Shown: positions 1 through 9,191, numbered from the stretch's first letter. The stretch: 64,000 nt of DNA from Hyphomicrobiaceae bacterium (GCA_035652635.1 DASRDL010000143.1:899-64898); one strand, 5' to 3'. Notes: generated by a model not told the origin, from the sequence alone. A program made the numbers and translations.

Positions 1-1
1 C

Positions 2-427
2 TTCGAGCTCTACGGCCTGGGCTTCGAGCACAAGCACCTCCCCGAGCTGCAGACATACGCCAAGCTGACGCGCCGGCCGATCTTCGTGCCTTCGGTCGGC
101 AACTACCGGCAGGGCATGCTGGTGAGCGTGCCGCTGCATCTGGACACCCTGCCCGGCAAGCCCGCGGCACGCGACCTCGAGGCGGCGCTCGCGAAGCACT
201 ACGCCGGCGCCAAGCTGGTGAAGGTGGTGCCGGCCGGCGACGGGGCCGCGAAGGACAAGCGCATCGAGCCCGAGGCGCTCAACGGCACGGATGTGCTGGA
301 GCTGCGCGTTTATGCCAGCGAGAAATATGCCCAGGCCGTGCTCGTCGCCCGCCTCGACAACCTGGGCAAGGGCGCATCCGGCGCGGCCGTGCAGTGCATG
401 GGGCTGATGCTGGGGATTGCGACGTAG
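2..427 (+). CDS. argC: N-acetyl-gamma-glutamyl-phosphate reductase, C-terminal fragment (5' end outside window)
   Basis: Frame 2 is open from the window edge (FELYGLGFEHKHLPEL...) to TAG 425-427. C-terminal LDNLGKGASGAAVQC motif is typical of ArgC. Confidence 0.85.
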   Translation, partial: FELYGLGFEHKHLPELQTYAKLTRRPIFVPSVGNYRQGMLVSVPLHLDTLPGKPAARDLEAALAKHYAGAKLVKVVPAGDGAAKDKRIEPEALNGTDVLELRVYASEKYAQAVLVARLDNLGKGASGAAVQCMGLMLGIAT

Positions 428-558
428 CGAATGTGGGGGGTCAGCCCCCTCGCGTCCAGCGGTTCCGTTGAATTGCCAACGCTGGAGGCGAGGGGTCTGG
501 CCCCCGCTGCGCACCGGATATTCGCTTCGCGAATTCCGGGATGACAGTAAGATCGTGC

Positions 559-1299
559 ATGGCTCGTTACGACTTCAGGGCGCAGCGCATCTTCGTCGAG
601 GCCGACCTGGCGGAGGCTGCCGTCATCGCCTGCAGCGCCGAGCAGGCCAACTACCTCAGGAACGTCCTGCGGCTGAAGCCGGGCGATCCGATCCTCGTCT
701 TCAACGGGCGGGACGGAGAGTGGCGGGCCGTGCTGGCCGACGCCGGGCGGCGGAGCGCGGCGGTATCGGTCCAGTCCAAGGTGCGCGAGCAGGAGGGCGG
801 ACCCGACATCGACTACCTCTTCGCTCCGTTGAAGCGTGCACGCCTCGACTACCTCGTGCAGAAGGCCACCGAGATGGGCGTGGCGCGGCTGCGGCCGGTC
901 ATTACGCACCACACGATCGCCGAGCGGGTCAACGTCGAGCGCATGCGCGCGAATACGATCGAGGCGGCCGAGCAATGCGGCATCCTGCGCATCCCCGAGG
1001 TGATGCCGCCGGCGAAGCTCGAGGGCTTGATCGCGGGCTGGGACGCCCAACGTCCGCTGATCTTCTGCGACGAGGCGAGCGAGGAGCGCTGCCCCTTCAG
1101 CGCGCTCGCAGGCGTGCAGCCCGGTCCGGTCGCGTTGCTGGTGGGACCGGAGGGGGGCTTCGACGAGGCCGAGCGGGCATTGCTGACATCGAAATCCTTC
1201 GTCACGCGCATATCATTGGGTCCCCGCATACTGCGCGCCGATACGGCCGCCGTCGCCGCTCTCGCCCTTGTGAACGCGGTCCTGGGCGATTGGCGTTAG
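559..1299 (+). CDS. rsmE: 16S rRNA (uracil1498-N3)-methyltransferase RsmE
   Basis: ORF 541-1299. RsmE-like N-terminus MARYDFRAQRIFV and SPOUT motif LLVGPEGGFDEAE. ATG 559 preferred as start, ATG 541 possible. Confidence 0.85.
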   Translation: MARYDFRAQRIFVEADLAEAAVIACSAEQANYLRNVLRLKPGDPILVFNGRDGEWRAVLADAGRRSAAVSVQSKVREQEGGPDIDYLFAPLKRARLDYLVQKATEMGVARLRPVITHHTIAERVNVERMRANTIEAAEQCGILRIPEVMPPAKLEGLIAGWDAQRPLIFCDEASEERCPFSALAGVQPGPVALLVGPEGGFDEAERALLTSKSFVTRISLGPRILRADTAAVAALALVNAVLGDWR

Positions 1300-1412
1300 C
1301 TCTGGACCCTCCACGCGGCTTGTGCGGGCCCGTGCTTTTCAATTAACAAGGGATGCCGCCGCCGCGAACCCATCGCGAAACCCTTCCTCCGCCAGCGAAA
1401 GCAGTCAACCCA

Positions 1413-2795
1413 ATGTCCACCCGACAGGACAGCGCACCCGCCCCGACCGTGCGCTCGCGCGCGGACCTCATCGCCTGGATCGCGGCGGGCTCCAAGCCGG
1501 CGGAGGCATGGCGCATCGGCACGGAGCACGAGAAGTTCCTGTTCTACACCGATACGCTGCGGCCGGTGCCCTACGAGGGACCGCGCGGGGTGCGCGCCCT
1601 GATGGAGGGGCTCATCGCCCGCTTCGGCTGGGAGCCGATCCTGGAGGGCGAGAACATCATCGCCCTCAAGCGACCCGAGGGGGAGCCGGGCGGCACCGTC
1701 TCCCTGGAGCCGGGCGGGCAGTTCGAGCTTTCGGGCGCGCCGCTGCGGACTGTGCACGAGGTGGGCGCGGAGACGCAGGAGCATCTCGACCAGGTGCTCG
1801 CCGCCGGCACGCCGCTGCGCATCGGCTTCCTGGGCGTCGGCTTCTCACCCGACTGGACGCTCGAGGAAACGCCGCGCATGCCCAAGCAGCGCTACCAGGT
1901 GATGACGCGCTACATGCCTCTGGTGGGCACGCGCGGCCTCGACATGATGTACCGCACGGCGACCATCCAGGTGAACCTCGACTTCGCCGACGAAGCCGAC
2001 ATGGTCAAGAAGTTCCGCGTGTCGCTGGCGCTGCAGCCGATCGCGACGGCGATGCTCGCCTCCTCGCCGTTCACTGAAGGAAAGCCCAACGGGTTCCTGT
2101 CCATGCGCAGCGAGGTATGGCGCGACACCGACAAGGCCCGCACCGGCATGCTGCCGTTCGTGTTCGAGCCCGGCATGAGCTTCGAGCGCTACGTCGACTA
2201 TGCGCTCGGCGTGCCGATGTATTTCGTCTACCGCAGCGGCCGGTATATCGACGTGGCCGGTGCCTCGTTCCGCGATTTTCTCGCCGGACGCTTGCCCCAG
2301 CTGCCGGGCGAGTTCCCGACCGAGGACGACTGGTCGGATCATCTCACGACGCTCTTCCCCGAAGTCCGCATGAAGCGGTTCCTGGAGATGCGCGGCGCCG
2401 ACGGCGGCCGCTGGCGGCGCATCTGCGCCGTGCCGGCGCTGTGGGCCGGCCTGCTCTACGACCGCACCTCGCTCGATGCGGCCTGGGACCTCGTCAAGGG
2501 CTGGAGCGCCGAGGAGCGGCAGAGGCTGCGCGATGCGGTGCCGAGGACGGCGCTGCGCACGCGCTTTCGCGACACGACGGTTCTGGAGGTGGCCAGGCAG
2601 GTGCTGGCGATCGCCAGGGCGGGGCTCAGCCGGCGGGGCTTCACCAATGCGAAGGGCGAGGACGAGGCGATCTTCCTCGAGCCGCTGGAGGCGATCCTGC
2701 GCGACGGCCTCACGCCGGCCGACGAGATCCTTTTTCGCTACGAGCGCGACTGGGGCCGCAGAACCGCCCCTCTCTTCACGGATTATGCCTTCTGA
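1413..2795 (+). CDS. gshA: glutamate--cysteine ligase, plant/alphaproteobacterial GCS2 type
   Basis: ORF 1353-2795. About 460 aa from ATG 1413 (MSTRQD). WRIGTEHEKFLF and the overall GCS2-family pattern. Confidence 0.9.
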   Translation: MSTRQDSAPAPTVRSRADLIAWIAAGSKPAEAWRIGTEHEKFLFYTDTLRPVPYEGPRGVRALMEGLIARFGWEPILEGENIIALKRPEGEPGGTVSLEPGGQFELSGAPLRTVHEVGAETQEHLDQVLAAGTPLRIGFLGVGFSPDWTLEETPRMPKQRYQVMTRYMPLVGTRGLDMMYRTATIQVNLDFADEADMVKKFRVSLALQPIATAMLASSPFTEGKPNGFLSMRSEVWRDTDKARTGMLPFVFEPGMSFERYVDYALGVPMYFVYRSGRYIDVAGASFRDFLAGRLPQLPGEFPTEDDWSDHLTTLFPEVRMKRFLEMRGADGGRWRRICAVPALWAGLLYDRTSLDAAWDLVKGWSAEERQRLRDAVPRTALRTRFRDTTVLEVARQVLAIARAGLSRRGFTNAKGEDEAIFLEPLEAILRDGLTPADEILFRYERDWGRRTAPLFTDYAF

Positions 2796-2942
2796 GGCGG
2801 CGAGGGGGCGCCAGCGGGGCGCCCGACGGCGCGCCACAGTCTTCCGGAAATAATCCCCAGCCCGCTGTGTCCAAGTTGCCGGTCGCACCGGGAAAGCAGT
2901 ATCCAGTCATTCACGTGCTCGGGCAGCAGTGGGGGCTGTGTG

Positions 2943-3542
2943 ATGTCTTGGCTTTCGCGGCGCGTACAATGCGCGCTGGTCCTCTCGCTCGCATGGCTGG
3001 CTCCCGCCCTCGCCCAGGAGCCTGTACAGACCTACCGGGTCGTGGGCGTGGCCTACGACGATGTGCTCAATATCCGGTCAGGCCCGGCGATTGGCTACGC
3101 CATCGTCGGCACGATCCCTCCGCGCGGGCGCGGCGTGCGCATCGTCGGCCGCTGCGAGGAGTGGTGCCCGGTCAGGTACAACGGCGCGTCGGGATGGGTG
3201 AACCGCTACTATCTCGCGGCGGAGCCGGCGGAAGCCTCATATGATCCCTCCCTCCAGGGCATCGAGCCGGAGCAGCCGCGCGCCCATCGCAGGCGCGCGC
3301 ATCTGCCCGCGTACTGGCAGGTGACGGGGGTGGCCGAGGGCGAGAGCCTCAAGGTGCACGACAGCCCCTCGGCCGACGCCACGGTGGTGCATGCATTCGA
3401 GCCCCAGAGCGGCTGCATCAGGCTCGCCGGCGCCTGCAAGAAGCCCTGGTGCCAAGTGACTTTCCCCGGCCTCAGCGGCGATCGGGTCGGGTGGGTCGAC
3501 TCCAAGAACCTGTCGCCGTCCGACGCGAACTGCTCGCGGTAG
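2943..3542 (+). CDS. secreted protein with two bacterial SH3-like modules
   Basis: Signal peptide ending LAPALAQE. Two similar modules ending GASGWVNRYYL and GDRVGWVDSKNL, each with conserved Cys residues. Confidence 0.7.
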   Translation: MSWLSRRVQCALVLSLAWLAPALAQEPVQTYRVVGVAYDDVLNIRSGPAIGYAIVGTIPPRGRGVRIVGRCEEWCPVRYNGASGWVNRYYLAAEPAEASYDPSLQGIEPEQPRAHRRRAHLPAYWQVTGVAEGESLKVHDSPSADATVVHAFEPQSGCIRLAGACKKPWCQVTFPGLSGDRVGWVDSKNLSPSDANCSR

Positions 3543-3806
3543 TGCGGCTGCCTGGGGTGCGCCGCGCGCGTATACGCGACCGGCAGCACCCATCCCGCTC
3601 TCGACATATTGAAGGGGGCTCGCTTGATCGATCGGCCCCCTTGTGCGGGATCCCCTTGTGCGGGATAGAGAGAGGCCCCGCTCTGCGAGGCAGCCCTGAC
3701 ACGGCATTCAGCGGCCGTTCATTGTGCGTCCCGTAGCACTACGGCCACCGCTTGCCAGGCGTTTTCAGGTCAGGCATTCGGTTACGAGCCGACCGGGAGC
3801 CCACCT

Positions 3807-4028
3807 GTGAAACGCCGCAGGACTTTGCTGATCGCCTCGGCTGTTCTCTTCGTCGCTGTGGGCCTTGCCGCGGTCACCCTGCCGCCGTGCATCGTCAGCG
3901 CCGAGGCCTCCTGCTCGTCCGGCTGCAAGGCGGCGTACGGGGCATGCTACAAGAAGACCCAGGACCGGTCGAAGTGCCAGGCGCAGCTGCAACGCTGCCT
4001 CGAGGGCTGCATCAAGAGCCGGCGCTGA
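3807..4028 (+). CDS. small secreted cysteine-rich peptide (73-aa precursor, about 41-aa mature)
   Basis: GTG start 8 nt after GGGAG. KRRR plus hydrophobic signal peptide with a VSA-E cleavage-like site. GC-rich third codon positions. Six Cys in symmetric spacing. Confidence 0.65.
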   Translation: MKRRRTLLIASAVLFVAVGLAAVTLPPCIVSAEASCSSGCKAAYGACYKKTQDRSKCQAQLQRCLEGCIKSRR

Positions 4029-4052
4029 CCCGGCCGGCGGCGACGGCAAATC

Positions 4053-4736
4053 TCAATCGCGCACCAGGATGACGCACAGGCGGCGGGGGCCGTGGGCGCC
4101 CATGACCAGCTGACCGCCGATGTCGGCCGTGCGAGACGGGCCGGAGACGAAGTTCACGGTGCGCGGCATGGCGCGGCGCCCGAAGCGCGCGCGAATTCTC
4201 TCCCACGCCCCCTCGTAGCCGCCGACGAGCACCTTCTCCTCGACGACGACGATGTGCGTCTCGGGCAGGAAATTCAACGTGACCGGATTGTCCGGACCCG
4301 AGGCCATGACGAGCGTGCCGGTCTCGGCCACGGCTGCCGTCGCGTGGCTGAGACCCACCTCGTCGTCGCCGCGGGCCGGGCCGCTCAGGCGCTCCAGCGC
4401 GGGCTCCGCCTGCCAGGCCAGCGAGCGCAGATAGGAATCATCGCCGACGCGCACCCTGAGCGGCAGGTTGCTCGAGCGCAGGAAGCGCGCGATCGCCGCC
4501 GGCACGTCGCCTGCGCGCTCGACCTCGAGGAAGGTCGCGGACTGGCCCTCGAGGAAGGTGCGCAGCTGGCGCCGGCGCTCGTCCGCCGGCCGGCGCGCGC
4601 GCTCGGGCACGAGCGGCGCCTCGGGCGTGGCGATGCGCCGGGCCACGGCCGATCTGCGCGCGGCCGAGTCGTACGTGCCGAGGCCCAGCCTGATACGGGC
4701 GATGACGGCCTCGCGCCTGCGCTCGGCTTCGGTCAT
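4053..4736 (-). CDS. lutC: lactate utilization protein C (LUD domain)
   Basis: C-terminal part of ORF 4053-5867 starting MTEAERRREAVIARI. LUD-domain pattern. ATGA overlap with the lutB stop. Confidence 0.85.
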   Translation of the reverse strand: MTEAERRREAVIARIRLGLGTYDSAARRSAVARRIATPEAPLVPERARRPADERRRQLRTFLEGQSATFLEVERAGDVPAAIARFLRSSNLPLRVRVGDDSYLRSLAWQAEPALERLSGPARGDDEVGLSHATAAVAETGTLVMASGPDNPVTLNFLPETHIVVVEEKVLVGGYEGAWERIRARFGRRAMPRTVNFVSGPSRTADIGGQLVMGAHGPRRLCVILVRD

Positions 4737-6160
4737 CGCGGCACGCCTGCCTTGTGGTCGGCCCACAGCGCCTGGAACGTGCGTCCCTGCGGCGCGGCCA
4801 GGTCGCGGTGCTTCGTCCAGCCGCGCGCCAGCGGCAGGTGGCGGAAGGCGCCCGTGCGGCGACCCAGCGCGCCGAGCACCGGCATCAGGGTCCGCACCAG
4901 TGCGTGGTAGACGCGCGGCCGCCGCGCGATCGAGGCCCAAGCCTTGAGACCCAGCCTGTAGAGGAGCGGCGTGTCGCCGGCGCTGAACTCCTCCTCGCGC
5001 CAATGGCGCATGAGGCCGGGAAGCGGAATCTTCATCGGGCACACCTCCTCGCAGCGCCCGCAGAAGGTGGAGGCGTTGGGCAGGTGCGCGGCGCTGTGCA
5101 CGCCGATGAGCGCGGGCGTGAGCACGGAGCCGATGGGGCCAGGATAGACCCAGCCGTAGGCGTGACCGCCGATGGCCGTATAGACCGGGCAGTGGTTCAT
5201 GCACGCCCCGCAGCGGATGCAGCGCAGGACCTCGCGGAAGGCCGTGCCCAGAAGCTCCGACCGGCCGTTGTCGAGGATGACGACGTGGCAGGCCTCGGGT
5301 CCGTCCGGATCGCCGGCGCGCCGCGGCCCGGTGGAGAAAGTGGTGTAGGTGGAAATCTCCTGGCCCGTCGCCGAGCGCGCCAGCAGGCGGATGAGCGTGT
5401 CCGCGTCCTCCAGGGTGGGCACCATCTTCTCGATGGAGGCGAGCACGATGTGCACCCTGGGCAGGGACTGGGTGAGGTCGCCGTTGCCTTCGTTGGTGAC
5501 GATGACCGAGGAGCCGGTCTCGGCGATGAGGAAGTTGGCACCCGTGATGCCGACGTCGGCGGAGAGGAACTTGTCGCGCAGGATCTGGCGCGCCTCGGCC
5601 ACGAGCTGGGTGGGCTCGATCAGCACGCGATCCTTCCGCAGGCCCTTGTGCAGCCGCCGGAAATCCGCCTCCACCTGGTCCTGAGTCAAGTGGATGGCGG
5701 GGGCGATGATGTGGCTCGGCGTCTCCCCGCGGATCTGGATGAGGTACTCGCCCAGATCGGTCTCGACCACCTCGAGGCCGGCGCCCTCGAGGTGGGCATT
5801 GAGGCCGACCTCCTCCGAGATCATCGACTTGCCCTTGGTGACGATGCGCGCGCCCGCCTCGCGGCAAATCGCGGCGATGATCTGCCGCGCATCCTCGGCC
5901 GTGGGCGCGAAGTGCACTCTGGAGCCCGCTTCTGTCGCCTTCCTCTCGAACTCCTCCAGGTAGAGATCGAGATGCGCAAGCGTGTGGTCCTTGATGGCGC
6001 GGCCGCGCTCGCGCAGCGCCTCGAACTCGGGCAACCCGGCACGGGCGGCGCTGCGCCTCGCCGCCAGCCCAGGCGCGACTTCCGAGAGCGCGCGCTGCAG
6101 CTGCGCGTCGGCGAGTGCTGCCCGCGCATTGGCTTTGAAGGCGGGCGAGGTGGATCTCAT
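4733..6160 (-). CDS. lutB: lactate utilization iron-sulfur protein LutB
   Basis: Starts MRSTSPAFKANARAAL. Two 4Fe-4S motifs, CIRCGACMNHCP and CGRCEEVCP. 4-bp overlaps with lutA and lutC. Confidence 0.9.
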   Translation of the reverse strand: MRSTSPAFKANARAALADAQLQRALSEVAPGLAARRSAARAGLPEFEALRERGRAIKDHTLAHLDLYLEEFERKATEAGSRVHFAPTAEDARQIIAAICREAGARIVTKGKSMISEEVGLNAHLEGAGLEVVETDLGEYLIQIRGETPSHIIAPAIHLTQDQVEADFRRLHKGLRKDRVLIEPTQLVAEARQILRDKFLSADVGITGANFLIAETGSSVIVTNEGNGDLTQSLPRVHIVLASIEKMVPTLEDADTLIRLLARSATGQEISTYTTFSTGPRRAGDPDGPEACHVVILDNGRSELLGTAFREVLRCIRCGACMNHCPVYTAIGGHAYGWVYPGPIGSVLTPALIGVHSAAHLPNASTFCGRCEEVCPMKIPLPGLMRHWREEEFSAGDTPLLYRLGLKAWASIARRPRVYHALVRTLMPVLGALGRRTGAFRHLPLARGWTKHRDLAAPQGRTFQALWADHKAGVPR

Positions 6161-6936
6161 GGGCGTTCGCAGATCGCCGGATCGGAAAGCTCGCCGGCCA
6201 GGACTTCCGCCACGTGTCGCACCGCGATCTTGCGGCCCTGGCGGGACAGCTTGCCCGCCATGTTCATCAGGCAGCCGAGATCGCCGGCGAGCAGCATGCC
6301 GGCGCCGGTGGCGGCAATTCGCTCGGCCTTGCGCTCGACGATGGCGTTGGAGATGTCGGGATACTTGACAGAGAAGGTGCCGCCGAAGCCGCAGCAGACC
6401 TCGGCGTCCCCCATCTCGACGAGCTCCAGTCCCTTGACCGTGCGCAGGAGTTGCCGCGGCTGCTCCCTGACGCCGAGCTCGCGCAGCCCCGAGCAGCTGT
6501 CGTGGTAGGTGGCGCGCGCATCGAGCCGCGCATCGACCTTGTCGAGCCCGCGCACGTCGACCAGGAAGGAGATGAGCTCGTGCACCTTGGCGGAGAAGGC
6601 CGCCGCGCGAGCCTTCCAGGCCGGATCGTCCGCCAGCAGGACAGGATAGTGCACCTTGAGCATGCCGGCGCAGGAGCCGGACGGGGCGACCACGTAGTCG
6701 TAGCCCTCCAGCGCCGCGATCGTCTGGCGCGCGAGGTCCTCGGCCGTCGCCTTGTCTCCCGAGTTGTAGGCCGGCTGACCGCAGCAGGTCTGGCCGACCG
6801 GAACGTCGACATCGCAGCCGGCATCGCGCAACAGCTTGACCGCCGCGAAACCGACCGACGGGCGAAAGAGATCGACGAGACACGTCACGAAGAGACCGAC
6901 GCGCGGACGCCCTGCAGACCCTCCCATGGCCGCCAC
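6157..6936 (-). CDS. lutA: (Fe-S) oxidoreductase LutA (CCG-domain protein)
   Basis: Cysteine-rich CCG motifs CCGQPAYNSG and CCGFGGTFSVKYP. Confidence 0.9.
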   Translation of the reverse strand: MAAMGGSAGRPRVGLFVTCLVDLFRPSVGFAAVKLLRDAGCDVDVPVGQTCCGQPAYNSGDKATAEDLARQTIAALEGYDYVVAPSGSCAGMLKVHYPVLLADDPAWKARAAAFSAKVHELISFLVDVRGLDKVDARLDARATYHDSCSGLRELGVREQPRQLLRTVKGLELVEMGDAEVCCGFGGTFSVKYPDISNAIVERKAERIAATGAGMLLAGDLGCLMNMAGKLSRQGRKIAVRHVAEVLAGELSDPAICERP

Positions 6937-6961
6937 CGTAGTCTCCGAGCCCGAGCAGGGG

Positions 6962-7369
6962 CTATTTCTTCGTGAACTGCTTCAGGTACGCGATCACGTC
7001 CTTGCGGTCCTGCGGATCCTTGAGGCCAGCAAACGACATCTTGGTTCCCGGCATGAACGTGGGTGGGTTCTCCAGGTACTTGAGCAGCACCTCCTCCGTC
7101 CACACCAGGCCCTTGCCTCCGGCGGCCTTGTTGGCCTCCGAGTACGGAAAGCCCTCGATGGTGCCGGCCTTGCGGCCGATGATGTCGTTGAGCACCGGCC
7201 CGACCTTGTTGGTGGCGGTGGGGCCGATCTCGTGGCAGGCGCGGCACTTCTTGAAGACCTCCGCGCCCTCCTCGGCATTGCCTTCCTGCGCCGAGGCCGG
7301 CGATGCCGCGCCGAGCACGATCCAGGCAATCGCCGCTGCCAAGCAAGCTTCAATGGTATGCCATCTCAT
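6962..7369 (-). CDS. class I c-type cytochrome (c2/c550-like), periplasmic
   Basis: Signal peptide, haem motif CRACH, distal Met region PGTKMSFAGL. Lies 25 bp upstream of lutA on the same strand. Confidence 0.9.
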   Translation of the reverse strand: MRWHTIEACLAAAIAWIVLGAASPASAQEGNAEEGAEVFKKCRACHEIGPTATNKVGPVLNDIIGRKAGTIEGFPYSEANKAAGGKGLVWTEEVLLKYLENPPTFMPGTKMSFAGLKDPQDRKDVIAYLKQFTKK

Positions 7370-7410
7370 CTTCAGCTCGCGCTTCGCAATTCGTTGTCAA
7401 TGCCCGGCAA

Positions 7411-7487
7411 CCTAGTGTCCTGATCGCGAAATTCGTCGACATCTGCGGCAAGCTCGGAACGAATTTCGCGATCTGAAGGACACTAGG
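7411..7487. repeat. long imperfect hairpin H1 (26 bp stem with 3-nt bulge, 22-nt loop)
   Basis: CCTAGTGTCCTGATCGCGAAATTCGT (7411-7436) pairs with ACGAATTTCGCGATCtgaAGGACACTAGG (7459-7487). Confidence 0.9.
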
Positions 7488-7498
7488 AAAGCCAATGA

Positions 7499-7579
7499 GC
7501 TAGTGTGATTCAGATCGAGAAGTCCGCTTCCCCACCAAGCCCAGAGCGATGATGCGGACTTCTCGATCATCACACTAGC
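7499..7579. repeat. long imperfect hairpin H2, diverged paralogue of H1
   Basis: GCTAGTGTGATTCAGATCGAGAAGTCCGC (7499-7527) pairs with GCGGACTTCTCGATCATCACACTAGC (7554-7579). Shares CTAGTGT...GATCG...GAA core with H1. Confidence 0.9.
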
Positions 7580-7742
7580 AGACGGATGCCTACTTCCTAC
7601 GCGACGCTTCGCAGCAGGACAGAGCGCTCCGCGGATGGCGATGCCGGCCGAACCGGGATATACCATAGCCGCAAGGACTGACGAGCATGACGGCCGGGCC
7701 GTCCCCCCTCGAAAATGCGGCCCGCCAGGAGCGAGGAAAGCC

Positions 7743-9191
7743 ATGGGACTGGTAGCGCTGCCGGAGCCGGACCGTGCGATCGTCTCGCGCCGCGCTGCAA
7801 TCGTTGAGAGCCTGCGCCGCCTGGTGGGCGGCGAGGCCGTGATCGCCGACGAGGACGGCCGGCGCGCCTTCGAGACGGATGCGCTGACCGCCTACCGGCG
7901 CCTGCCGCTGGCGGTCGTCCTGCCGGCCTCGACCGAGGAGGTGTCGCGCGTCCTTGGCTATTGCCGTGAGCACGGCATCAAGGTCGTGGCGCGCGGTGCC
8001 GGCACGTCGCTCTCGGGCGGTGCACTGCCGGCCGAGGACGCGGTGGTGGTGGGCATCTCGCGCATGAACCGGGTGCTGGAGATCGACTACGTGAACCGCA
8101 TGGCTCGCGTGGAGGTGGGCGTCACCAACCTCGGCATCAGCGAGGCCGTCAAGTCGCGCGACTTCTTCTACGCCCCCGACCCCTCGAGCCAGCTCGCCTG
8201 CACGCTGGGCGGCAACATCGCCATGAACTCGGGGGGCGCGCACTGCCTCAAGTATGGCGTGACGACCAACAACGTGCTCGGCCTGAAGATGGTGCTGATG
8301 GACGGCGAGGTGGTGGAGATCGGCGGGTCGCACCTCGATTCGGCCGGATACGACCTCCTGGGGCTCGTGGTGGGCTCGGAGGGGCAGCTCGGCATCGTCA
8401 CGGAGGCCACCGTGCGCATCCTGCGCGCGGCCGAGGGCGCACGGCCGATGCTGCTCGGCTTCGACTCGAGCGAGGCCGCCGGACAGTGCGTCTCGGCCAT
8501 CATCGGCGCCGGCATCATTCCGGTGGCCATCGAGTTCATGGACAAGCCGGCGATCCACGTGTGCGAAGCCTTCGCCAAGGCCGGCTACCCTCTGGAGGTC
8601 GAGGCGCTGCTGATCATCGAGGTGGAGGGATCGCAGGAGGAGATGGACGACCTGCTCGCGGTGATCTCGGACATCGCCAAGCGGTTCGCCCCCAGGGCCG
8701 TGCGCATCAGCCAGAGCGCCGAGCAGAGCGCCGCCATCTGGAAGGGGCGCAAGGCGGCCTTCGGCGCCATCGGCCGGATCTCGGACTACTACTGCATGGA
8801 CGGCGTCATCCCGTTGGGCAAGCTCGGGGACGTGCTGGTCTCCATCGCGCACATCTGCGACAAGCACGGGCTGCGCGTCGCCAACATCTTCCATGCCGGC
8901 GACGGCAACCTGCATCCCCTGGTGCTGTACGACGCCAACGATGCGCGCCAGGCCGAGCGCGCCGAGCAGGCGGGCCACGAGATACTGGAGCTGTGCGTGG
9001 CCTCCGGCGGTTGCCTCACCGGCGAGCACGGGGTGGGCATCGAGAAGCGCGACCTGATGCGCACCCAGTTCACCGAGACCGACCTTGCCCAGCAGATGCG
9101 CGTCAAGACGGTGTTCGATCCGAAATGGCTGCTGAACCCGGCCAAGGTCTTTCCACTCGATGGCCGCGAGCCGGCAACGGAAGCCGCCTGA
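7743..9191 (+). CDS. glcD: glycolate oxidase subunit GlcD (FAD-linked oxidase)
   Basis: ORF 7635-9191. ATG 7743 follows GAGGAAAG. FAD-binding PCMH pattern VVARGAGTSLSGG. Confidence 0.9.
   Translation: MGLVALPEPDRAIVSRRAAIVESLRRLVGGEAVIADEDGRRAFETDALTAYRRLPLAVVLPASTEEVSRVLGYCREHGIKVVARGAGTSLSGGALPAEDAVVVGISRMNRVLEIDYVNRMARVEVGVTNLGISEAVKSRDFFYAPDPSSQLACTLGGNIAMNSGGAHCLKYGVTTNNVLGLKMVLMDGEVVEIGGSHLDSAGYDLLGLVVGSEGQLGIVTEATVRILRAAEGARPMLLGFDSSEAAGQCVSAIIGAGIIPVAIEFMDKPAIHVCEAFAKAGYPLEVEALLIIEVEGSQEEMDDLLAVISDIAKRFAPRAVRISQSAEQSAAIWKGRKAAFGAIGRISDYYCMDGVIPLGKLGDVLVSIAHICDKHGLRVANIFHAGDGNLHPLVLYDANDARQAERAEQAGHEILELCVASGGCLTGEHGVGIEKRDLMRTQFTETDLAQQMRVKTVFDPKWLLNPAKVFPLDGREPATEAA

Noticed and set aside
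3636-3666. Tandem repeats, or any of the REP arrays, as a CRISPR array.
   Set aside because: There are only two adjacent copies without spacers at 3636-3666. The REP doublets are inverted rather than direct, are irregularly spaced and are palindromic. There are no cas genes in the window.
6962-7369. The cytochrome c gene 25 bp upstream of lutA as the dedicated electron acceptor of the LutABC lactate oxidation complex.
   Set aside because: The cytochrome has a signal peptide and is periplasmic, whereas LutABC lacks export signals and is cytoplasmic. Direct electron transfer is therefore topologically implausible. Co-transcription may simply reflect respiratory co-regulation.
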